Shown: positions 1-14,751, counted from the first letter of the stretch. The stretch: DNA of 64,000 nucleotides from Eledone cirrhosa (GCA_964016885.1 OZ024750.1:5518001-5582000), one strand, 5' to 3'. Notes: a model not told the origin generated them from the letters alone. Numbers and translations are program-made.

Positions 1-87
1 TCTATGAACATTTCAGCCGACTCTTGTACTTGGTCATTCTATGAGAGTATCTTGGTCAGCCTATGAACATTTCAGCTGACCCTCATA
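1..87. mobile_element. Two right-end fragments of a mariner-type MITE
   Basis: gtcagcctatgaacatttcagctgaccctcata matches the TIR of the copy at 3854-4060. Confidence 0.65.
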
Positions 88-1999
88 CAGTGGTATTCAA
101 TGTTTTACAGAGTCTCACTCATAATGTGATGACCTCACCCAATATTTCATGGAGCTGTATTCATCAGTTCACTCACAATATGATATAGTGTGAATGTATT
201 GAATAACAAAGGGTAAAACCAATGAACATTTCTATCTAAGCTTCCACAAAGCCATGTATGAATAACATGTAGTGTTTAGAAGCAGGTCATGGCACAGCAT
301 ATTTGTCAAATAACTTTCAGTAGCTGGCAATGGAAAAAGGAGTGTTGAAACCAGTCAGATTGGTAAGATTCCAACCTACCAACAATATGGCACCCATTTC
401 ATATACTTTCACTGTTACAGCAGTGTGTCTGTTGTGACAGTTCCCCCATTGTCTCAAACTCTATGCAGTAGGTACCTTGAGGTGGCACAGCTGACCACAG
501 AAAGCAGCAAATGTAGCAAAAAATTAAATAGAAACTTGTAATAAAGAATTCAGATCGTTCCTTTATGAATATAGCTTGAAAAAGATTGCTTCTACTATGA
601 TGGTTTAACCTAGATAGAAAACATGAATTCTTCAATTAGTACATACTAATGATCAGAGGGTCATAAGACTCACCAAAAAGCAGAGTAAAAAGCTGTTACA
701 GTTTGTACAGTCAGAGAAATAAACCATAGGTAAAAGTAATTTACAGCAAGATGTAGTCCTTTGACCAGAAGATTAAGCTTAGTATATTGAAATAGTTAGA
801 ATGTGTATATAATCCATGTGGGTGATTAGTAATCCTCAGATTGCTAACTGGACATATTATATACAATAGATAATTGGAAATATTAAATACAATAAACTTA
901 ATAGAATTAACACATTAACCGAACCCCATTGTCTTATGACAGTCTAAAATATATTGTAATCATTTAAGTGTAGATACCGGAAGTCTATAAATAATTCTAG
1001 CAACTCTTAGCCTAGAAAATCATCTAGGAAGTTATAGATAGTATGTCACTAGAAATATTTCTATAAAGATATGGGCGGTAGTAGCTAATAGCAACATTTA
1101 AGGACATATTTAGTTAGTAACTGAACAGCTGAGATTTCATCAGTTATGTTCATAACTTAATTCTCCCTCATCATCCTCTGGGGAAACGCCTTCTCTACTC
1201 TGTCCACAGTAGAAGATAATAAGGAGCTGAACTGTAAAGGTTCCACTTTAAGGTCTAATATTTAGAATAGAAACTTCTATGAAATCTTCATGGGATGGTA
1301 TTCTTTACTAATGATCTAAAAATTATCCTCTTTATCTTTACCTGAAATAATTTAATTAGAGGAAACCTTATGAAGACTCTGCTAGAATGGTGAAGTTTAT
1401 GTTATTAGTGCCCAGACTGAAACCTGCAGGAAGAGGCAAGAAACGAAGGGGTTCTGGTCTAAATGCAATACATTTGCTAAAGACACCCTCCTAAGGAGCA
1501 GATAGTCTGTTAACATGAATTGAATACAAAAAATTGCTTGGATAGTTGGGGAAAGTATTTTCAGACATGACAAACCTTTAACAAAGGGATGTTGTGAATG
1601 ATTGAGTGAGGAAAATTATATCACTTACCCAGAGGTGATAGCTTATATACTAGTGACAAGATATTAACTCATTAACTTTGGGTTAGTAATCAACACTTAG
1701 ATACTGTAATCTGAACAATGAAAATTAATAACAAAATGATGCAAAGCTTTTAAAAAAAATATGCACAATGTTATAGATGAAAATGTTTGAAATCTCGTGA
1801 GTAACAATGATAATCATCTTATTTAATCATAGAACTAGCTACACATTTGTGTTGTGCTGAAATTAATGTAATAAAAATAAATATTTGAGTTTTATTATGA
1901 ATCAGCATATATTTTAAGTAACGCAATTGCAAATAAGAGTCGAACAGTTATAATTAGAAATTTACTGTGAACTTGGTGTTATATTTAACCTTTTTTCAA

Positions 2000-2470
2000 A
2001 AAGTACTTCAGCCCTGAGCAACTGCTGACTTTCTACAAAGCTTGAGTGAAAACCCATAATGTAATACTCCTCCCATGTCTGGGATGGCACTGTTGCTACA
2101 GACAAAAACATCCGAGACTGCATCTGAAAGGTGATCTGACTGATAGACAATAATTCACTCACCAATATACTCCAATCTCTAAACAGCAGACACACTGTCA
2201 CTTCACTCTGGCTCTTCCACAGCTACTACAACAGTTTCTGCTATTCACAGCTATCTAGTTGTATACCCCCGCTCCCCACCATCCTCTCGTCAGCCACTAT
2301 ATCTTCTCTCCCAGACCACACACTAACCATTATTCTCCCAATCCATCCACCTCACAATATTAGCTCACTGGAATTCTCTTCTCATCAACGTGTTTCTCTC
2401 CTGATATCAACTACATTCATTTGACCAGCCTCAAAGGACTTTTGGCATAGTTCAACCCCTGAAAACAATA
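2000..2470 (+). mobile_element. Decayed 3' end of a CR1/Jockey-group LINE ORF2
   Basis: Conceptual translation with stops: KYFSPEQLLTFYKA*VKPIM*YSSHVWDG...LQSLNSRHTVTSLWLFHSYYNSFC, the typical post-RT tail of these LINEs. Confidence 0.65.
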
Positions 2471-3853
2471 AATAATATTACAATAACACTTAATTAGAAT
2501 CTCACAAGGATTTAAATAGAAATTAAATAATAATTAGAAAATCCATGAAATTAATAATAATTAAGTTTTACACACTTAGGAAATTTAAGAATATAAAACA
2601 GATGATAAAGAAGATAATTCTTTTGAATGATTCCCAGTATGAAAATAACCAGGAAAAAACAAAACCCAAAACTACTAATTAAAATTGTACTCCCAGGTAT
2701 TTAAAAAATATATAACTTGTTCTTGACATAAGTATCATAAGCTGAAGAATAAACAGAATTAACCCTTTCACCAGGGTTTATTTTAAAGAAATATTAAAAC
2801 TGCACAAATGTTTGATGTAAGTACCACGACTTAGTGGTTGATATTTTCTGGGTATGAGAAGCACTTGTAATGGTTGTTTTAGACATTTCATGACTATTTT
2901 AAGTATTTTAAACCATTATTTTTTTTAACTATAAAAAAACACAAAATATAAACTTACTGCATAAAAATTAGATTTACAATTACACAAGCAGGTGCCAACT
3001 GCACGTAAAAATAACCACGGTATTTCACTTCAAAATATAACGGAATTAGAAGCTTGAGAAGATGGACACATCCCACTCTCGGTGTATTTCATCTTGATGT
3101 TCAGGCAGGTAAAGGAAAGAACGGGCTTTACTTCTAGAGAATTAAACTATGATTTTCTTAAGAATGTGGCATAAATAAATAAAACATATAAATCCCGTAT
3201 TCGATGACGCGACTGACCTCGAATAACAATATAAAAAACACACGAAAGAATCGGTCTGACTTTAATTCAATTGCTTACAGTTAATTCTTCGCCAAATCAG
3301 GTGTGTATGCGCGCGAGTGTATATGTTCACGGGAGATAACTCTAATATTTTCACACAACTCAGCACTGTAAAGTGTTCGATATTTTCCACGTAGAGTACT
3401 TTTACAGTAGACCTAAAAAAACATTTAGCTTAAGTTTATAATTCCAACCACTACATAAATACTTTCTAAATGAAACATTTCTAGCATGATTCTAGATCAC
3501 AGTTCTTGGGAACAGTCTCGAGGACTAACGACTAACTTAATAAGTAAGAAATATTGTAATCTTAAAGTGTGGAATAACTCCCTAACATCCCTGGAGTGGT
3601 GGGATAAACTATCACCGACGGGAATTTTATATATTTTATCCAAATGAATTTATTGCGCACACAGACACACATTGCATTCATTAGGTCACGAGTTCAATCT
3701 CACTGTGTGGCATCGAGGGCAAGGGTCATTTACCTCGGGTTGATATATGTCATGTGAAGGAATCTGTTTCCAAGCCAATCGGATTAACTCTACCTGTAAT
3801 TCAAATGGCCAGCATTGACACACGCAGTGTCTACACACACACATATATATATA

Positions 3854-4060
3854 TACGATGGTTGGCTGAAAAGTTCATAGGCTGACTATGAAATGAAGGA
3901 TTGATGATAGAGCTGTGAAATCTTTCATGCATTAATTTCAACTTTTCTTATTAATAACTGCATTGTTTCTTTCCAGGGACTATGTTGAAAAATAAACCTC
4001 ATTTGGGTATTCCATGAGAGTATTTTGGTCAGCCTGGGAACTTTTCAGTCGACCCTCGTA
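3854..4060. mobile_element. Mariner-derived MITE, full length
   Basis: TIRs TA-CGATGGTTGGCTGAAAAGTTCATAGGCTGAC / GTCAGCCTGGGAACTTTTCAGTCGACCCTCG-TA with TA duplication; partial copies at 1-87 and 14752-14969. Confidence 0.8.
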
Positions 4061-4246
4061 TCTATATGACTAGATATAACGGAGTTCGATTAAAGGAACT
4101 GTTTTCTCATCGGATTATTATATAAATCAAAATTAACGTAGCACTGGCAAAACAGGATCTCGATATCACTGATACAATCTCCATGGCCATGTCAAGAAAG
4201 AAGACATTTGCCCAAAATGACGCACAATGGAATGGAACCCAGAGCA

Positions 4247-4346
<100 letters not shown>

Positions 4347-4829
4347 TATATATATCCGTATGTAGTTGACGGACAATAGAAAAAAGTACTCAATGTCAAA
4401 ATAGAAACTTTCAGTGCCAGTGTGTATATATATATGTATGTATGCATATATATATATATATGTATGTATGTATGTATATATATATACACACACACACATA
4501 CATGTATACACATATACATATATACTCATATACTCATAGAGACAGTGAAAGTTAATATATAGATGAAATGGTGAAATTTATTCAAGCTGATATTTTATAT
4601 TGACGTGGAATAATTATCAACTTTATTGTATCTGCATATTTTACCATAATTATCGATTTCAACTCTCTCTCTCTCTCACTCTATCTCTCTCTCTCTCTGT
4701 CTCTGTCTCCCTCTTCTACTCTTTCGGAATTTCCAGGAAACCAGGAAAATTTCCACGAAATCAGAAAAAATATTCTTAAAGTTTTAACAACGAAGCAAAA
4801 CAATATAGTCTTTATTTAAAGAAAAGTCA

Positions 4830-4896
<67 letters not shown>

Positions 4897-7069
4897 GACC
4901 AAGTCTTCTTACCCAGGAACTTCTCCCGTGTACTCACAAGACATCGGATAAGACAGTCAATACTAAGTGTGTGTGTGAATATATAAATATATATGCGTGA
5001 GTGTGGATAAACGGAAACATGATGAAATAGCTAGGGCATTTCCCATCGTCTTTTCTCTTTAATGTTCTTAACTTGAAATATTTTACGTTTTAAGATACAT
5101 TATTACACACTAGAAAATACATCTGGTTAAAAGGATTAGAAACATGAAAGGGAACCAGCAGGATGATAAAATCTTACTTTTGTGTCGGAGTCCGAAATTA
5201 TCATCTAAGTTCATTCATTTATCAAGATGCAAATCGGATACCTCTTGACTAAGATATACATTTTTTTCATCGTATAATAATCTTGGAAGAAAAATTGTAA
5301 AGTAAAGCAACATAAAAAAATTAACGAAATCAAAACAAATTTCTTTCTGAAATATATTAATATCTTTTGTAATATAATGAATATAAAATAGAATGTATTT
5401 GATTCGAAGATAGAAACAAGTGTTTTATTTCTTCAGTTCAAAAACAGAAAGAAATGCTGCAAAAACATGTTTTATTTCGTTCCTTTATTATAAATATGAT
5501 TCCCATAACTGTCAAATTATACTTGTGTATGATGCAAGAAAGAAAAACAATAGGAAACACTCGTTTTTGTTTCTACATTATAATTATATAATGTGTGAAG
5601 AAGATTCAACTGCCTCCCTCACCACCCCACAAGTGTCACTTGACAACCACGTCCAGAAAGATCCTTCCAGTCTTCTTCCTCCACCCTATTTATGGTTATA
5701 TGGTAACGGTTGGTGCTACACATACATATACACACATATATATATTTATATTATAGACCAAAGGAAACTGGAAAATCTCCTTTCTTTTACTGGTTCCCTA
5801 AATTCAGATGACAATTAGGAAATCTTATTCTGTTAAAAGTGTCTTTCATTTTATCTTCAGTCCTTCCTCTCCGAGTTCAGTTATATAAGTAAATGGGAGA
5901 AAGGGTGTGTGTGTTGCATTGTGTGTATATGTATGCGTGTATATGTATGTGTGCCTTGATAATTTACTTCTTATGCTAAATAGGTACTCGTAGAAAGCAA
6001 TTTTAAATGTTTCTACTTTAAAGGTATAAAGCTCTACTGGATATATATATAATTAAATCTGATTAGGACCTCGGGGGAGAAAAATGGTCACATACTGAGA
6101 ATGAGTAATGGAAGTAAAATAATAATAAGAAAATAAAAAATATATATATTTCGCATCACACATATGCAAATAAGCTAAAATTATTCCAAGGTCTGAACTT
6201 TCCAGAGTCAGGTTTGATGGGCTGAGAGTAGATAGCTGAAAGGCTCGGAATACTCTTTAAGTTAGACCCCAACAAAACATAATATTGCAATACTTTAACA
6301 TATTATTTTCGCAACTCCATATGTTGTTGCGAAAATATTCTTATCGTTGTAGCTTTAAAGCTACACCGAGAAAGATAAGTGGGCATAACAATGGAAAATT
6401 CCTTGAAAGTTCGTCCCCCATTTGTAATCATATCAAGATCGACGGAAAATCGTGTACTATTAAAAAGGTAGATAAATTATTCACTTTCTTTTGGCAAATT
6501 AACCAACTAAATTATATGAAACAAGACTTTATTCCTATTAAATTACTATCTCTTCTTTCCTTTTAGCCACAGCAGTTCAATAATCACAACTGATGATGGA
6601 AGAGAACGGCAATATTTCAACGAAGTTAGCCAACAAGCATTTGTTTTTCTTTTTTATATTTTGGCTCTATAAAAGCTTATTTACATTTTTTTGAAAATAA
6701 ATTGAAAGATAGGAAACATTAATCTGGGAGGTGTTAAAAAGTTCAATACTAAACGTTGTTTTCTTGTTTTAATGATGTTTGTTACAAGTAAAAATAACAA
6801 AAAATATGTAAAGCTTTTGACTGGGTGGGGGTAAACATAGAAGATAAACGAAAACAGTGGGTAAAGCGAAACCATTAATTTTAGCTAAATTTCTTAATGA
6901 CAAGTAAAAATAAAGATTTAAAATGACTCTTGACTTACTTTCGCTGTTCGTTTTCAACTTTAAATGTCAATGCGTGAGTTAATATATCGTATTGAGTGGC
7001 TCTTATTGTAGTGTTTACATTATTTCACATAAAAGTATTAATCAACATGGAGTTTTGTTTTGATTCTGC

Positions 7070-7170
7070 AGAGGACGACGGTGGACCAGTGCGCGTGACT
7101 GTGACGTCATGGCACCATTTTGACCAATCACATGCCACTGATTCATAACGTGCACACGCCTCTTCAGCTT
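7070..7170. promoter_or_regulatory. Candidate promoter/enhancer: CRE palindrome plus CCAAT box
   Basis: TGACGTCA at 7102-7109, GACCAATCA at 7122-7130 and TGATTCA at 7139-7145 inside a CpG-rich patch in very AT-rich DNA. Confidence 0.4.
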
Positions 7171-7579
7171 GGGGTAAGCTGCAAGAATGTACTATATCCT
7201 TTTCGAAGAAAGCAAGTCGTTTAGCATTCTCTATCGAACTATTTTGGAGTAATTTCCTGCTACCTTCTAATGAAACTTCAAAAATATGGGAACATTGTAA
7301 ACATCTATTCGAAAGCTATATTGTTATTGTTAGCTTATTCTGTTGCTGTTGTTTTTAATAAGACATACACGTAGTAAAGTGCGTGTTTCCTGGTATAATT
7401 TTCTTTCATATTCGTTCTTTTTCTATCTTTCCGTCTGTTTTATTAGGGGAAAAAAAATCCTAGGGCTAGTGTAATTTTATCTAAGCTTCGATAACATTCC
7501 GCGCTTGGGCGATTTTTCCATGTCTCGTCTTTTTTTCTGTCAATAAACTTAGAAAAAAAGAGGTCAGGAAATTATGATG

Positions 7580-7779
7580 NNNNNNNNNNNNNNNNNNNNN
7601 NNNNNNNNNNNNNNNNNNNNNNNNNNNNNNNNNNNNNNNNNNNNNNNNNNNNNNNNNNNNNNNNNNNNNNNNNNNNNNNNNNNNNNNNNNNNNNNNNNNN
7701 NNNNNNNNNNNNNNNNNNNNNNNNNNNNNNNNNNNNNNNNNNNNNNNNNNNNNNNNNNNNNNNNNNNNNNNNNNNNNNN
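7580..7779. other. Assembly gap (200 N)
   Basis: Run of N. Confidence 0.99.
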
Positions 7780-8113
7780 AAATTATGATGAAGGTCAAGG
7801 TGATGCGTTTGTTTTGTTTTGAAAAAACCCCTAAGAGATCAATTGTCAACAAATGTACTATCTCCAGTGTAGAAGTGTAAAATCCATAATTATTTACTGC
7901 ATTAGTTAGTAATTTCTGTGTTGTTGTTTTTTTTTAAAAGTACGTGATAAACTAACGGAATTATAACCCCCCTTAACTTTTTAACAGCCATAATAAATAA
8001 TAAACTGATTATCCTCAACGATCGTTACAGATGGTTCCATTGATGGGTTTGTGATGGGCGGAAGGTGACTCTTAAGTGGAAGAGCTTTGCAAATCTATAT
8101 ATTTCTTCGCAGG

Positions 8114-8187
<74 letters not shown>

Positions 8188-9013
8188 CCTCCCTCATCGT
8201 GTCGTAAACAACAGCTTGTCTTTGTTTAAACCTTCCACTTTCAAATGATGTCCCTGAATTATTTTGGATCTATTCCAGCTTGTGACTAGTTGCTGATGAA
8301 CTAGCAGGTTGGTGTTTCATGTCGATCTTTCTAGTATAAATATTCTACTTAATATTCTTGTAATAAGATAGGAATGATTAAAAGATAAAAACAACAACAA
8401 CATAAGAAGGAAATTGATAAGGACATTTTACAAGTTGCATCCCGAATATTTTCCTAATTAATTAATTTTTTTTTTTGCAATCATTTCCATTCCAATTACT
8501 GTGTTTATTATTACGATTTTAAAATTCCTTATTTAAAAAAAAAATTCATTCTAATTCACTTTCAGTTTTGTCTTGAACGAACATTGATGCTCAGAAAATA
8601 AATTTTAAATATATTTTATTTTTGAAACCTTCATTTTAATTCCAAAAACAATGAGTCGGACGTATGAAATAATATGTGTAATATTTTCTTTTCTTCTGTC
8701 TTTCCAACTTTACATTTTATGGCTATAAAAACAGTGACATAATTTATCAAGAATTACTTGATTGGTTAACATGATGGAGTTTAAAGTAACCTAGGACACG
8801 TCGACCTCACAAACTTTCCTTATCATTATCCGAGCTACTTAAGAAGTTTTTGTTGTTTTTTGTTCTCTGCTATATATATTTCGTTATTAAATTACACTCT
8901 CATACACCTGACTAATTTTTATTGATAATAATAATAATAATAATTATTATTATTATTATTGTTTTTTTTTGTGAATGAAAAGAAAAGAAATCGAAAGAAT
9001 TTTGGAATTTTGG

Positions 9014-9120
<107 letters not shown>

Positions 9121-9153
9121 GCACACATGCATATATATGTATATGTATGTATA

Positions 9154-9234
9154 TACAGAGTGTCCTAAAAAATGTATACACATATTTATTAGAATGTTGT
9201 TGAAGTGTGTATGCATTTTTTGGGACACCCTGTA
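9154..9234. mobile_element. Tiny Tc1-like MITE
   Basis: TA-CAGAGTGTCCTAAAAAATGTATACAC ... GTGTATGCATTTTTTGGGACACCCTG-TA; same family at 41838-41932 and 60160-60263. Confidence 0.8.
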
Positions 9235-9276
9235 TATGTATATACTCTTTTACTTGTTCCAGTCATCATGCTGGGG

Positions 9277-9317
<41 letters not shown>

Positions 9318-9449
9318 GTAGGAGGTGAGTTTTATTGTAGTACAATAAAGCAATGGAGATATCGGATAAGAAGCACTCTACAGTTTGTGGGACTGGAGTA
9401 TGCATAATATAAGATCAAAAGATGGTTAAAGGAGTTCCATATATTTTAT

Positions 9450-9483
<34 letters not shown>

Positions 9484-9571
9484 CACATACAACACACACA
9501 TAAATGCATATAGTATATTCAAATAGACATATACACACATCTACACACACCTACACACACATCAACATATT

Positions 9572-9604
<33 letters not shown>

Positions 9605-9946
9605 GTGCGTTACTGTTCGAAATTCTATCAATAGATTTTTATGCAGATAACAGAGAAGTGAAAGCTTTTATGAAGAAAGACTCCACTAAAAGTAGAAATT
9701 CATGCCTAAAGTTAACTTGCTCTTTATCTGTCCCAGATAACTGATATATTTGGGATACACAGGTAAATAAAGATATTTCTGTTAGTTTGTGAAACAGGTG
9801 TAGTTTACTGATTAGTATTATCTCTGTGTGGTGACTTCATATGACAATCTGTCATCAAGGAAACAAAGAATTAGTGACCTTGGGGGGGAAAAATAATAAT
9901 CATCATCAACAATGAAACATGATATATAGGATGGGACAAAGCCCAC

Positions 9947-10406
<460 letters not shown>

Positions 10407-10994
10407 GATGGGTGTGTAGTTGCTAGTTAAGTTAGGCTTAAAAATGGAATACGAATAAGAAGAAAGCAAGGACGGGGGGGGGGGGGGGGGTCCTCACCAG
10501 TTGTCTACTGGGGGGTCTCGGATATTTCAACGCTTTAAAGACAATATATCTACCCCCAGAGCGTTAAATAACTGTGTAAGTTATTGGGAAAGTGTGTGTG
10601 TGTGTGAGTGTGTGTGTGTGTGAGTGTATATGTGTGTGTGTGTGTGAGTGTATATGTGTGTGTGTGTGTGAGTGTATATGTGTGTATCGACATCAGCTTC
10701 AGGCACTAAAAGCATAAAGGTGAATAACATCTAGCCAGCCGACATCTCAGCATTCAGTGTGTGGTGACTGCATTAAACCACTGGCTATTATCAGGCCTCA
10801 AGAGTCATCACACATGATGTGGCTGCATAATAAGGGAGGAGGAGGAGGAGGAGAAGAAACTTCTATTGTCTCTGAAAATGGACGGAGGCCTACAGTATGT
10901 ATGTGTGTGTATATATATATATGTATGTGTGTGTATATATGTATGCCATATGTATGTGTGTGAGTGTGTATGTATATATATGTGTGTGTGTGTG

Positions 10995-11222
10995 ACAGCT
11001 CACACCTATGCAGGTTTAGCTGGCCTCCTCCAAGGTGTCTTGGGTGATTTAATGATAGGGACCCCAGCCCCTATCATCTCATTTCTACAGCTGAGTAAAC
11101 TGGAGCAACGTGAAATAAAATGTCTTGCTCAAGGAAACAACACATCACCCAGTCTGAGAATTGAACTCACAACCTTTCGATTGCAAGCCCAATGCTGTAA
11201 CCACTAAGCCATGCGCCTTCAC
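10995..11222 (-). mobile_element. tRNA-derived SINE
   Basis: Reverse complement has A-box TGGCTTAGTGG and B-box GTTCAATTC followed by CCTTGAGCAAGAC; near-identical copy at 37093-37340 (+). Confidence 0.85.
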
Positions 11223-11821
11223 ATGTATATTATATATATATATACATACACACACACACACACACGCACATATATATATATATATATATATATGTGTGTA
11301 TGTGTGTGTGTGTATGTATATATGTATGTGTGAAATGTATGCATATATATATATGTGTGTGTGTGTGTATGTATATATATACATATATGCACACTTGTAC
11401 ATATACATGAATCTATGTGATGATTAATGGTTAAAGTGTTGGGTTCATGATGGAACAGTCGCAGGTTTGATTCCAGGACTTAGCTTCACATTGTTGTTCC
11501 AGTCCACTCAGCTGACAAAAATAAGTTATACCTGTAATGAAATCGCTAAACCTTGTCACACAGTGTCTTGCTGAATCTCCCTGATTTCAATCTTGTTGTT
11601 TAAAATTTACTGAATAAATTCATTTGTAGCATATACAAAGGAGTAATTGTAATATAACATCCCAGCCAGAAGCCTAAAACTATGAAAACAATGTAATTAT
11701 TGTATCAACGGATAAACATATGAAAACGTTAAAGTACTCACAATTTCATCAATTGAAACAGCCATTATCCTCCTAGTTCAGTACACAAAAATCCACTTCT
11801 ACATAAACATATATATTATAA

Positions 11822-12110
11822 TGTAGTTGCTGTATATAGTTAGTATATATAGTTAGTATATATAGTTAGTATATGTAGTTGCTGTATGTAGTTAGTATAT
11901 ATAGTTAGTATATGTAGTTGCTGTATGTAGTTAGTATATATAGTTAGTATATGTAGTTGCTGTATGTAGTTAGTATATGTAGTTTCTGTATGTAGTTAGT
12001 ATATATAGTTAGTATATATAGTTAGTATATATAGTTAGTATATATAGTTAGTATATATTGTTAGTATATATAGTTAGTATATATAGTTAGTATATATAGT
12101 TAGTATATGT
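11822..12110. repeat. 13-bp minisatellite (TAGTTAGTATATA / TAGTTGCTGTATG)
   Basis: Directly visible tandem array. Confidence 0.9.
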
Positions 12111-12502
12111 TTCACAGGTTGCAAACGTTATCTGATCCCAGATTTTTGTGCATGTAGTACATAGATATTTTATATTTCAAATCAATATGTAGGAGTTACT
12201 TTCTGTATAGTAGGTTTATGTGTATGTATGTATGTGTGTATGTGTGCATGTGTGTATGTGTGCATGTGTGTGTATGTGTGCATGTGTGTGTATGTGTGGA
12301 TGTGTGTGTATGTGTATGTTCTAGTTCTAGTCCTGTAGATGTTATTTCTATATTTTAATAATGAACACACACAGACACACAGACACACAGACACACACAC
12401 AGACACACACACACACACACACAGACACACAGACACACAAACACAGTATCTATCTATCTATCTATCTATCTATATCTATCTATCTATCTAGCTATCTATC
12501 TA

Positions 12503-12562
12503 TTTGTATTTGTCCCCTTCTTTTGTGCCCCTGTGGCTAATAAAGAAATATATCTATCTATC
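12503..12562 (+). repeat. Second, 60-bp copy of the Tx1-like LINE 3' terminus
   Basis: Identical to 13721-13780 (tttgtatttgtccccttcttttgtgcccctgtggctaataaagaaatatatctatctatc). Confidence 0.92.
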
Positions 12563-13768
12563 TTCCAATTCCTTTGGAAGAGGCGGGCTCCTTTGGTGAG
12601 AAGATCCATCTGCTGCCAACACCCTTCTAACGGAGGGCTGGGGATGCCGTGGTTGACGATGCGCAAACACGCGCTCAGGCTGCGGCATCTCTACGTATTC
12701 CTCACCAGACAACCGGTGTGGGCCCCATTCGTGAGGCGAGCCTTCCCACGACTCGTCTCGCTGACCAAGCTGCAGTCCTGGGTCAAGCAGAGACCGAGGA
12801 AAATGGGCGACTGGCACATCGAATGTGCTCAGGCACTCACAGCCCTCTGGCAGGCAGACCCGGCGATCAGTGGAGACTCCACTTCGTCATTCTATAGAGG
12901 GTTGGTCCGCAGCAAGTGCGACGACGCGCTCGGTGAAACTCTAGGCGTAGAGGAAGATGAACTGGCCAGTCTGTTCGGTAGGACCTTCCGCCCGGGACCG
13001 ATGGACAACTTCCAAAAGTCCCTGGCCTGGCAGTGCTACCGAGGAGCTCTACCAGTTCGAGACAAGCTCTACAGACATGGGCGCCTGGGCAGGGACCCTG
13101 CAAAAAAGATCTGTCCGAGGTGCGTGCGAGACGAAGAAACCGTCGCGCACGCATTCATACACTGCCCGGGCGTCACTGACCTGTGGGGATATGTAGAACG
13201 ACTATTGTCGCGGGTGGGACCAATCCAGTTGACCACCGAGTCCATTGTCATGATCAAACCGCCACCCTCCTTCAAAAACGAAGGAGAGGCGGTTTTCCTT
13301 TGTGTGATAGCTATGGCGAAAGAGGTTGTATGGTGGACAAGGTTGAAAGGGCTGAGGTCAGACACCTTTCTCTCCGGCCAACAACTGATTCTTTTTTTCA
13401 AATACCACTTTGGAAGAAGAATCAGGATGGAGAGAGAGGTGCTGTACCCCAGCAAGTTTTATGAAAGGTGGGTGAAAGTGGCGAGAATGGCCCGAGTGAA
13501 TGGGCCTTCTCTCTATATCAGCCTGTAGGTTGAAGAAAAGGAGGAGGAGAGGAAAGGAGTACAAGCTCTTCGTACTCCTGGAGATGAGGGTTGCACATTT
13601 TTTTTCGGGGGTATGTGTTACCCATATAAACTGTCTCCCTCTATTGGGGAAAATCGACTAACTTTTAAATTCCATCTGTGATAACATTTTACACGTTTTT
13701 ATTGTATGTAAACTTCCCCCTTTGTATTTGTCCCCTTCTTTTGTGCCCCTGTGGCTAATAAAGAAATA
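12563..13768 (+). mobile_element. 5'-truncated Tx1/L1-clade LINE: ORF2 C-terminus with zinc knuckle, 3' UTR, AATAAA
   Basis: Stop-free frame to TAG 13528: IFQFLWK...GGLGMP...ALPVRDKL...CPRCVRDEETVAHAFIHCP (zf-RVT CCHC). GC-rich relative to the flanks; embedded in (TATC)n. Confidence 0.9.
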
Positions 13769-14250
13769 TATCTATCTATCTATATATATACATATATATA
13801 TATCTGTATACACACACACATATATATATATACATATACACACAAACAACAATACTATACTAACCACACAAACGTATATGCATATCAAACATTTGATGGA
13901 TGTCTAATAGACAAACATTGAATTTTAAATTCCAGTAATAGAACCTCTAAGAATGTCTCAGTACAAGATGACCTCTCTATTGTTGATGACACTAGAGAGG
14001 TCATTCAGTACAAGGTGACCTCTCTAAAGATCACTGTGTACAAGGTAACTTCTCTAGTATTGATGACACTAGAGAGGTCATTAGTACAAGGTGACTTCTC
14101 TAGTGTTGGTGGCATTAGAGAGGTCATTCAGTACAAGATGACCTCTCTTGTATTGGTGACACTATAAAAGGCACTTGGTATGCTCTGTAAAGTGGTTGGC
14201 ATTCAAATGGTAACAACATCGTTTAGGGACTCTTCAGTCACATCAAGACG

Positions 14251-14740
14251 ATCACTTTACAGTGTGGACTGGGAGCTTTTTGTTGTGATACCTACACAAC
14301 TACTTTACAGTGTGACTGGGAGCTTTTTGTTGTGATACCTACATGACCACTTTACAGTGTGGACTGGGAGCTTTTTGTTGTGATACCTACACAACTACTT
14401 TACAGTACGGACTGGGAGCTTTTTGTTGTGATACCTACATGACCACTTTACAGTGTGGACTGGGAGCTTTTTGTTGTGATACCTACATGACCACTTTACA
14501 GTGTGGACTGGGAGCTTTTTGCTGTGATACCTACACAACCACTTTATAGTGTGGACTGGGAGCTTTTGTTGTGACACCTACACGACTACTTTACAGTGCG
14601 AACTGGGAGCTTTTTATCGTGACACCTACATGACCACTTTACAGTGTGGACTGGGAGCTTTTTGTTGTGATATCTACACAACCACTTTACAGTGTGGACT
14701 GGGAGCTTTTTGTTGTGACACCTACACAACCACTTTACTG
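14251..14740 (-). repeat. 48-bp minisatellite, about 10 units (SINE-module derived)
   Basis: Unit actttacagtgtggactgggagctttttgttgtgatacctacacaacc; its reverse complement is homologous to the 49-bp unit at 29083-30909. Confidence 0.92.
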
Positions 14741-14751
14741 TATATATATAT

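Noticed and set aside
8283-8325. CTGATGA inside a small hairpin (also 6590 and 1137)
   Set aside because: No correctly placed GAAA, stem III and NUH, so not a hammerhead.
12533-12562. N-terminus MANKEIYLS of the 331-aa ORF as a real gene start
   Set aside because: GTG start lies in the upstream duplicated 3' terminus plus TATC repeats; the ORF is a 5'-truncated LINE ORF2 lacking RT and endonuclease.
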